Positions 1 to 6,566 of a stretch of DNA of 17,937 nucleotides are shown in pieces. The position numbers and the translations under genes are program-made. The stretch lies in the IMG/VR virus record IMGVR_UViG_3300044642_000188, one strand, 5' to 3'. The first letter of the stretch is position 1, and each line of letters opens with the position of its first letter. Below the pieces are notes generated by a model, which made no database searches, was not told where the DNA came from, and saw only the letters and a program-made list of their open reading frames with translations. Source of the DNA: a virus. Lineage: Duplodnaviria; Heunggongvirae; Uroviricota; Caudoviricetes.

Positions 1-1470
1 TGTAATGCTTGTAACAGTTCCTACAGACCAACATCTGTCAGCTGTAAGATCATAGTTTACACCATTGATACCTAATTGTCTAGTGTCTGGAACAGGTGTA
101 TATCCTAAAGCATCTTCTTTATTATTAAATATATTCCAATCTGTGCTAGACAAGTAACCATCTGTAGATGCATTAGCTTGACTAATAGATATTGTAGGAG
201 TGAGTCCTCCTGTAGAAGCAAGAGGAGCAGATACAGATATATTAGAAATGTATGTTAAAGAAGGAATGTCTGCAGCCACTAGAGCTCTATATGTAGGAGT
301 TCCTGCTCCACCATCAGGACCAGCAAACACTGTGTTAGCTGCTGCATTAGCTAATACAAAACTTAAAGCAGGAGTTGTTGTAGGAGTTGCTACAGATGTA
401 GTGAATAGTGGAGGTAAGTTACCAGAACTAAAACTTGTTACCTTTTCTGGAAGATCTGGATAATCGTTAGTAATTGTAAAGTTTGGATATGATCCAGATA
501 TGCTGATACCATAACCAGCATTTAAATTTACAGTTTGGTCAGGAGCAGTGTTAACTATATTTATAACTGGAATAGTGTTAGGATTGCTTACAGAAGCAGA
601 AATACCTAGACCAGCAGTAACACCTACGCTTGTAACTGTACCTACAGACCAACTTCTATTGGCTGTTAAATCATGAGCAATACCATTGATTGTCAATTCA
701 ATAGCATCATCTACAGGTACATATCCTAGAGTTGTAGTGATATCACCACCGCTCACTGGAGTGGCTGATGTTATAAGTCCTTTACCGTTTACAGCAAACT
801 TAAGGAAGTTGTTACTTCCATAAATGTCTGTATTAACTGTATCTAATGTTAGTGTAACTGGGGATCCAGTGAAACCAAATCCATCTACATCTCCTACAAA
901 ACTTAATGATTGAGCTGGATAGTTGATTGGTATAGGTGTTACGTTTGTAATCCTACCCTTACCATCCACTGTAATACTAGGAACATTTCCTGAATTACCG
1001 TATGTTCCAGGTGCACCAAATACTGTTGCTAGTGTAGCAGTTACAGAACCTGGTCCGTTAGCTGTTACATCTCCTGTTAAATTTGAAATATAATTACCTG
1101 AAGGTTGATAGCTAGTTGAATCTAAGCTACCATCACCCTTAACAAATTGTGATGATGTACCACCTGTTGTAACAAGAGCAGAAGCTTCTAGTGTACCAGC
1201 AAAAGCAAGATTGTATAATCCACCAATTGTAGTGTTCTTATTCAACGCTCCACCCAACATAACTGCACCACCAGGAGTTAGTTGCTCAATACCGTTTGAA
1301 AATATATAACCTAAACCAGCATCTTGGAACTTTTGATCTATTTTCTGTAGAGCAATCTCAAGGTTGTCATTATTGTTAATGCCTGTATATATTAAGTTAT
1401 TACCTTCGTAGAATACGCAGGTAGCACTTAATACAATAGGGCATGGTTCAGCTGAACAAGTAATGTCCAT
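1..1470 (-). CDS. Tail-fibre / fibre-like virion structural protein (partial, 3' end beyond the left edge; at least 490 aa)
   Basis: Manual translation: ATG at 1470-1468, in-frame TAA just upstream (1482-1480), and no stop down to base 1. Begins MDITCSAEPCPIVLSATCVFYEGNNLIYTGINNNDNLEIALQKID. Gly/Thr/Ser/Val/Asn-rich, with fibre-like motifs SSQFVKGDGSLDS, ITVDGKGRITNV and TINGIAHDLTANRSWSVGTVTSV. Absent from the ORF track because no stop lies inside the window. Confidence 0.85.
   Translation of the reverse strand, partial: MDITCSAEPCPIVLSATCVFYEGNNLIYTGINNNDNLEIALQKIDQKFQDAGLGYIFSNGIEQLTPGGAVMLGGALNKNTTIGGLYNLAFAGTLEASALVTTGGTSSQFVKGDGSLDSTSYQPSGNYISNLTGDVTANGPGSVTATLATVFGAPGTYGNSGNVPSITVDGKGRITNVTPIPINYPAQSLSFVGDVDGFGFTGSPVTLTLDTVNTDIYGSNNFLKFAVNGKGLITSATPVSGGDITTTLGYVPVDDAIELTINGIAHDLTANRSWSVGTVTSVGVTAGLGISASVSNPNTIPVINIVNTAPDQTVNLNAGYGISISGSYPNFTITNDYPDLPEKVTSFSSGNLPPLFTTSVATPTTTPALSFVLANAAANTVFAGPDGGAGTPTYRALVAADIPSLTYISNISVSAPLASTGGLTPTISISQANASTDGYLSSTDWNIFNNKEDALGYTPVPDTRQLGINGVNYDLTADRCWSVGTVTSIT
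7..108 (-). repeat. Fibre internal repeat type A, copy 2 (LGYTPVPDTRQLGINGVNYDLTADRCWSVGTVTS)
   Basis: Aligns with copy 1 at 628-729 (offset 621 nt, 207 aa); 46 of 60 nt identical between 10-69 and 631-690 by manual count. Confidence 0.85.
628..729 (-). repeat. Fibre internal repeat type A, copy 1 (LGYVPVDDAIELTINGIAHDLTANRSWSVGTVTS)
   Basis: Direct translation; matches 7-108. Confidence 0.85.
757..1074 (-). repeat. Fibre internal repeat type B, two tandem ~60-aa units
   Basis: GDVTANGPGSVTATLATV...ITVDGKGRITNVTP (934-1074) versus GDVDGFGFTGSPVTLTLDTV...FAVNGKGLITSATP (757-894); period 177-180 nt. Confidence 0.75.
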
Positions 1471-1494
1471 ATTAATAGATTAGAAGTGTGTTGT

Positions 1495-1531
1495 AAATAT
1501 AACAAAGCGAATGTGCATGAAACACATTCGC
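1495..1531 (-). terminator. Putative intrinsic terminator hairpin downstream of the 1647-aa gene
   Basis: Perfect 9-bp inverted repeat GCGAATGTG (1507-1515) / CACATTCGC (1523-1531) with a 7-nt loop, followed on the minus strand by TTTGTTATATTT. The U-tract is interrupted. Confidence 0.6.
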
Positions 1532-1559
1532 AAAGGTAACAAATATAGTTTATTTTCAA
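1531..1559 (-). promoter_or_regulatory. Bacteroidota primary-sigma-type promoter (-33 TTG, -7 TAnnTTTG) upstream of the fibre gene
   Basis: Minus strand reads TTG (1559-1557), 18 nt, TACCTTTG (1538-1531). A second TAnnTTTG (TATATTTG, 1547-1540) lies in the spacer. Matches the established Bacteroides/Flavobacterium consensus and sits about 60 nt upstream of the ATG at 1470. Confidence 0.65.
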
Positions 1560-1608
1560 TGAGTTACGATGAAGAATGCCACATAATATAGCAATAATTC
1601 ACCCTATT

Positions 1609-4600
1609 TTATCTTAGGAAACCAGATTGGGACTGTGCTTTAATACCTAAGTCCTTGGCTAGGTCTGGGAAGAACATTGGAAGCATACCTTGAGCCTGAC
1701 TGGTTACAGGGAAAGAACGTAGTAAATACTTAATAACGTAGTTCTTTTCCTGAAGTTTCTCATCTCCTACAGCTATAGCGTAGTTCTCAATCATGAAGTT
1801 CTTAACCAATGTTTTATAGTTGGTGATGTGAGATATAGATGGGAATATACCTGAAGACACTAGACTTGTAATACTAGTTGGGTCATAGAAGTATAAGATC
1901 TCATCCTTAAGTTTATCAGAAGCTTTCAATAAGAACTTGTATTGGTTCTTAACTGTTTCATCTTCATCATCATCAGGAGCATTTGCCTTTAATCCAAGGA
2001 ATAATCCGTATAGTGTAAGCATGAATATAACGTCAATCATCTGAGACTTAATGTTCTTTCTAACTAGGTCCATGAATTCAGCCTCAGTCATTTTAAGTTC
2101 CTTGCCTGTTTCTTTTTCATAGTCAGCTTTCTTCTTCTCAAACAACGTTCTCATAAACTCAACACCTTTATCATTAGCTTGCAATGAGTTAGTTAAGTTA
2201 GTTAAGCTTCCTAATAAGTCCTCAGACATCACTCTAAACACCATTCTCATTCTACCCCACTCATAAGCGTCTGATGCAGAGTTGTATTTTAAGTTACCAG
2301 CTCTTACATCTACAAGTCTAGGAATCCAGTTCTTAAACATCATGAACGACTTACCGTAGATACTCATGTTGATTAAACGAACATCATCTTCTGATAAAGA
2401 TCCTAATGCATCTTTGGTTAAAGACTGCACCTTTCTTCTTACATCTAACACTGAGTCAGACTTTCTATCCACTCCAGGTATAACAAACTCATTGTTCACT
2501 ACAGATCCTAGTTTTAATACACCCTTTTCTTCAACAAGTTTTTTAACGTCTTCTTCAAACTTTTGTTCTAAAGCTTTTCTTTGTTCTGCTGTTCCTTGAT
2601 ATCTGTTAGCATATTCAGGAGTGGCTCTTAGAAATTCTCTAGCGTTTACAATCTTACCATCCTCAACAATAGAGTTCTTAAGGAAGCTAAAGAAGTTAAC
2701 TGTCTGTACGTGTAAGTCAGAGTTCCTCATTAATACCATTAGGAATTCTTGAATGTTCTCTTGACTTAACTTACTGAGAGACAACTTCTTAGCTATTTCT
2801 TTATTATAATTATCTGTTAGTGGTAGGAAGTATTCAAGAGCACCTATCACCAGCTTCTTATCTTCACCATTCATCTTACCAGCAGCTAGCCAAAGTTCTG
2901 TACCAATAAAATCAGTAGGATTAAAGTACTTACCTGAGTTGATGATTGATTGAGCTGTACCACCAAACAAGTTGGATGTAGCAGACAACACGTTGAGTCC
3001 TAACGCTTTAAGTTGGAATGTGTTATTCAACTGATCAATCACCTTATTGATACTAACTTGTCTTCCCTCTAGGTTTTCTGGGAATATCTTATATCCAATC
3101 TTGCTATTAATCTTCTCTCCAAACTTACCAAACTTACCTAGTAGCTGATCAAAGCTATCACTTTGTAAATACTTCTGACCATACACAATAGCTTTTACCA
3201 TGTCTTCAACAAGCTTGGTGTTCTCATTGTTATCTGGAGTGTATTGTAACACACCATCTTTGTATTCAGTTTTACCAAATACAGATGTAGCGATTGCTTT
3301 CTTATTTTTTTCTACACGTACAAGTGCTCTAGCTTGAGCCTCGATATTACTTAAATACTTATACTTAATAGCCATCTCATTGTATAAAGCTATTGTTCTA
3401 AATAAGTCTGTACTCACCTCACCTTCAATCTCTCTAGTAAAATATGTAGGGATTGTATCAATAGGTTTACCTGTAAGTGGGTTTGTCTTACCAAATCCAA
3501 CATCACCTTCGTCAATAGATATTGATCTTAGAAATTGCTCTCCTAAAGATATGTTTCCACCAAATATAATCTTTTCCATTAATCCCTTTCTTACATAAGG
3601 AAGGAACGTTCTAGCTTCAGCTTTATTGATGTAGCCAATCTCTTTGTATTCATTGTTCTTCTCTATAATATAATTATAGAAGTCAAGAGCAGCTTTGTTA
3701 TCAGGTTTGTGTAATTCTTTCCATTCATTAGATTCCCACTTAGATCTATCAGGGAACTTTTTAACTAGGTCATATTGTAACCAACCAATTGATTCTGAAG
3801 TACTTGCATCGTACTTCCTCTTAGCATCATTCTTCTCTCTTACAATTGCAGAGTTGATTTCTTCATCTGTACCTATTCTAGCTTTATCATCAATTCTCTT
3901 ATACTCTTCTTCTAGCTTCTCATCTAAGAACTTCTTAAACTCTTGAGCATCAACGTTTTCTCTAATCCAAGCATAGTCTTTATCATTGATTTTAGTTCTT
4001 AGTTCTTTATAGAACTTAGAATCAAACTCATCTATAAGTTCGTTACTATCTTTCTTCTTGATTAAGTCAAAGTAGTTTTTAATTGTTAATCCTTTGGAAG
4101 CAGCTAGTTTATCGTACGCTTCTTTTAAATCTTGTAGTCTTTTGGTCTCTGTAAGAGTATCCATAGAAGCTAAGCCAAATGCTTTGTTTGCTTTCTTAAA
4201 CAACACTTCCACTCCCTTCAACTGTAATGTGGTAGTAGAAGAGAAGAATCTAGTAATACCCTTGATAATCTTTTCAGGAGACAATAAGTTATCTACCTCA
4301 ACACTACCTGCTATAATTGTATCTGCAAACTCTTCTGCTACAGTGTTTAAATCACTTTGTAAATCTCTAGCATCATCTGCTGTATCTCTAAGCTCTTCTT
4401 TAATCTTCTTATCTTCTTCTGATAAATCTCCAGTGAATAAGAATCTAAGTTCAGAGTCTAGCTTTGTATACATATCAAGAGCATCCTGTGCTGTTTCAAT
4501 CTCTTCTTGGAAAACGTTCATGTCTGCCTCACTAAAAGATTTAGGATCTTTACCAGCCCAGTTAGCATTGTAATTATCAATTGTAGTTTTGATTTGCTTG

Positions 4601-6552
4601 TTCAGCACCTTAGCCTGATACAATAGAGGTTTAACATTCCCTTTCATTTGTAACTGTCTGATCGCTGTAAAGAGAGCATTCAACTGCTCAGCTTTAGATA
4701 GCTTCTCAGAAGGTAGTGCTTTCTTTTCAGAAATCTGTTTGTATACAGCATTAAGTTTCTCAATGAGAGCATCAATCTTTTTATTACCTGTCTTCTCTCC
4801 TTCAAGACCTACAGGGATTAGATAGTCATCTTGAATAGCTTTAACACTAACATCACCTATCTTAATTGACTGAAGTTTAGGAAGGTCTCCAGTTTTAGCA
4901 TTACCTTGAGAGTAGAATGCTTTAATAGGAATCATTCTTGTTTGCTTAAAGTCTTGAGGATTAACATTATATGTGTTCTGAAGGATAGCTTTGTATTGCT
5001 CCATCTGTAATCTCCAAGCATTCACCTTATACCAAGGAATGTCATCATACTTATCTACGTTAAGATCCATAAACTTCCAGTCAAGGATGTTTGTCTTACC
5101 ATCAGGTTCAATAGCTAAGAAGTCAATAGTACCAGCTAAGTCACGCTTAGGATCATATACAATTGCCTCAGACATAAATCTTGTACCACCATTTTCTTTA
5201 GGGAATGAATTTAAACGTTCCTTTAGATTTACCTTTAACATCTCATACATAGTCCTATCATTAGGATCTAGTTTGGAAACATATCCATCATCATTAAGGG
5301 GTTCTGTTCTTAGGAAACCGTCAGCATCTACAAACACCTCAAATGCATGTTCAATATCTTTATGTCCTGCTGTACCTTTCTCAGCTTTTAAATCATCCAC
5401 TGCTTTAGCAAACTCACTCTTAGTTAAGTCATTAGCTTTAAATCTTCTATCGTACCAATCACTAACTAAGTCAGTAACCCTTCTAAGAACTTTCACTCCA
5501 TCTACATAGTATCCATCATCCTTCTTAACAACCTTAGCTTTAAGATCCATGATAGAATCGTATATCTGTTGTTGTTTATCCTTTTGTAGATAAACATCAT
5601 TTTCAGAATCTCTAAGCTCATCAACTGTTCCAACAAACTCTCCAGATAACACTTGCATTGCAGCTTGGTCAAATCCAGACTTTTGGAATAAAGATTTAAG
5701 AGCGTTTACAATTGTTTGCCACCAGCTCTCAGCCTTGGCTATTAACTCAGGCTTTTCTGTTAAACCTTCGTTCTTATTAATAACTGTCTCTGTAAGCACC
5801 TTAGCAATAGCTTCTTTCTTAAGCTTCAATATATCAGGCTTACCATCAGCAGTTTGGTAGTTTGGATCAGATCCATATTCACGAAACACATCATTTAATA
5901 TGTTATAACTGTTGATTTCTTTCAATAGTTTGTTGAATAATTTAGGATCTAATTGCTGGATTATTTCAACAGCAAAGTGCATAGCTTCTTCTGTAAGAGC
6001 TACTTCTTCCTTACCCTCAACAACCTGTACTAACTTTTGTGTAATCAAAGCAGCACCATTAGCATCCACCTTAACACCATTCACAACAACCTTGTCCATT
6101 TGCTTAACATCAACTCCTATACGAGTTAAGAAGTCCTTAACCATAGCAATGGTTTTAGGAGAAGCTTTAGAACTCACTGTATCTGTAGGCTTTTGAAACA
6201 ATGTTCCCTGTACAGCAATCTTTTCCCATTCTTGTTGAGCAAGTGGGTTTACATCAACTTCCACCTTAGAGTTGTTACCTGCCACTGTAAGTTTAGATCT
6301 AACCAAAGACTTTCCTTCAGGAGCATTAAACTCCTTGTTTATCTTATTGATAAGCTCTAACTGTTTTTTGTTCTGACCAGTTCCTGCAGGAGAGAATAAA
6401 TATGTTGCTGTATTACCTTCACCATACTTTCTAAAAAGGTTAGACTTGGTAATGCTTTTCCATACTGAGTGATAGATGTCTGTTAATCGATCAGCCAATA
6501 TAGGATGGTCAGCTCTATAATTGTTCTCTATATACTTTACTTTACAACTCAT
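1609..6552 (-). CDS. Large crAss-like virion ejection/cargo protein (1647 aa) with zincin-like, PD-(D/E)xK nuclease and hydrophobic-helix regions
   Basis: Intact ORF starting 14 nt downstream of the RNAP gene, a position occupied by giant co-ejected proteins in crAss-like phages. Motifs EEAMH, GTIDFLAIEPDGKTNILDWK and FMMFKNWIPRLV; mostly helical composition. Confidence 0.85.
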   Translation of the reverse strand: MSCKVKYIENNYRADHPILADRLTDIYHSVWKSITKSNLFRKYGEGNTATYLFSPAGTGQNKKQLELINKINKEFNAPEGKSLVRSKLTVAGNNSKVEVDVNPLAQQEWEKIAVQGTLFQKPTDTVSSKASPKTIAMVKDFLTRIGVDVKQMDKVVVNGVKVDANGAALITQKLVQVVEGKEEVALTEEAMHFAVEIIQQLDPKLFNKLLKEINSYNILNDVFREYGSDPNYQTADGKPDILKLKKEAIAKVLTETVINKNEGLTEKPELIAKAESWWQTIVNALKSLFQKSGFDQAAMQVLSGEFVGTVDELRDSENDVYLQKDKQQQIYDSIMDLKAKVVKKDDGYYVDGVKVLRRVTDLVSDWYDRRFKANDLTKSEFAKAVDDLKAEKGTAGHKDIEHAFEVFVDADGFLRTEPLNDDGYVSKLDPNDRTMYEMLKVNLKERLNSFPKENGGTRFMSEAIVYDPKRDLAGTIDFLAIEPDGKTNILDWKFMDLNVDKYDDIPWYKVNAWRLQMEQYKAILQNTYNVNPQDFKQTRMIPIKAFYSQGNAKTGDLPKLQSIKIGDVSVKAIQDDYLIPVGLEGEKTGNKKIDALIEKLNAVYKQISEKKALPSEKLSKAEQLNALFTAIRQLQMKGNVKPLLYQAKVLNKQIKTTIDNYNANWAGKDPKSFSEADMNVFQEEIETAQDALDMYTKLDSELRFLFTGDLSEEDKKIKEELRDTADDARDLQSDLNTVAEEFADTIIAGSVEVDNLLSPEKIIKGITRFFSSTTTLQLKGVEVLFKKANKAFGLASMDTLTETKRLQDLKEAYDKLAASKGLTIKNYFDLIKKKDSNELIDEFDSKFYKELRTKINDKDYAWIRENVDAQEFKKFLDEKLEEEYKRIDDKARIGTDEEINSAIVREKNDAKRKYDASTSESIGWLQYDLVKKFPDRSKWESNEWKELHKPDNKAALDFYNYIIEKNNEYKEIGYINKAEARTFLPYVRKGLMEKIIFGGNISLGEQFLRSISIDEGDVGFGKTNPLTGKPIDTIPTYFTREIEGEVSTDLFRTIALYNEMAIKYKYLSNIEAQARALVRVEKNKKAIATSVFGKTEYKDGVLQYTPDNNENTKLVEDMVKAIVYGQKYLQSDSFDQLLGKFGKFGEKINSKIGYKIFPENLEGRQVSINKVIDQLNNTFQLKALGLNVLSATSNLFGGTAQSIINSGKYFNPTDFIGTELWLAAGKMNGEDKKLVIGALEYFLPLTDNYNKEIAKKLSLSKLSQENIQEFLMVLMRNSDLHVQTVNFFSFLKNSIVEDGKIVNAREFLRATPEYANRYQGTAEQRKALEQKFEEDVKKLVEEKGVLKLGSVVNNEFVIPGVDRKSDSVLDVRRKVQSLTKDALGSLSEDDVRLINMSIYGKSFMMFKNWIPRLVDVRAGNLKYNSASDAYEWGRMRMVFRVMSEDLLGSLTNLTNSLQANDKGVEFMRTLFEKKKADYEKETGKELKMTEAEFMDLVRKNIKSQMIDVIFMLTLYGLFLGLKANAPDDDEDETVKNQYKFLLKASDKLKDEILYFYDPTSITSLVSSGIFPSISHITNYKTLVKNFMIENYAIAVGDEKLQEKNYVIKYLLRSFPVTSQAQGMLPMFFPDLAKDLGIKAQSQSGFLR
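1984..2040 (-). other. Putative membrane-interacting helix in the 1647-aa protein (aa 1505-1523)
   Basis: MIDVIFMLTLYGLFLGLKA: 19 mostly apolar residues in an otherwise highly charged protein, followed by acidic PDDDEDE. Confidence 0.55.
4900..5490 (-). other. PD-(D/E)xK (RecB/AddB-like) nuclease domain in the 1647-aa protein
   Basis: Ordered motifs RVTDLV, KGTAGH, SEAIV, GTID477, D491-W-K493 and Q516-MEQ-Y520 (QxxxY). Boundaries approximate. Confidence 0.8.
5790..6090 (-). other. Degenerate zincin-like domain in the 1647-aa protein
   Basis: ALTEEAMHFAV (E188-E-A-M-H192, 5977-5991), EExxH in place of HExxH, with a downstream KKEAIAKVL helix resembling the third-ligand helix. Boundaries approximate. 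Confidence 0.55.
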
Positions 6553-6566
6553 TGTTTATCAGTTAT
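6553..6566 (-). promoter_or_regulatory. A-rich translation-initiation region without a Shine-Dalgarno sequence
   Basis: TAA-ATAACTGATAAACA-ATG: no GGAG-like element, A at -3. The fibre start (CTATTAAT-ATG) is similar. Consistent with known Bacteroidota initiation. Confidence 0.5.

Noticed and set aside
200-463. 87-aa plus-strand ORF
   Set aside because: Antisense shadow of the fibre gene; GTG start with no supporting signals and no recognisable motifs.
7-729. Diversity-generating retroelement template/variable repeat pair
   Set aside because: Copies are only ~77% identical over 60 nt, mismatches are not adenine-specific, both are in-frame coding, and no reverse transcriptase is in the window.
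4900-5490. Cas4 assignment for the nuclease
   Set aside because: No four-Cys Fe-S ligands and no CRISPR context.
2366-6196. Six short plus-strand ORFs opposite the 1647-aa gene
   Set aside because: Ser/Leu/Phe-rich translations typical of the reverse complement of a Lys/Glu-rich gene; no motifs.
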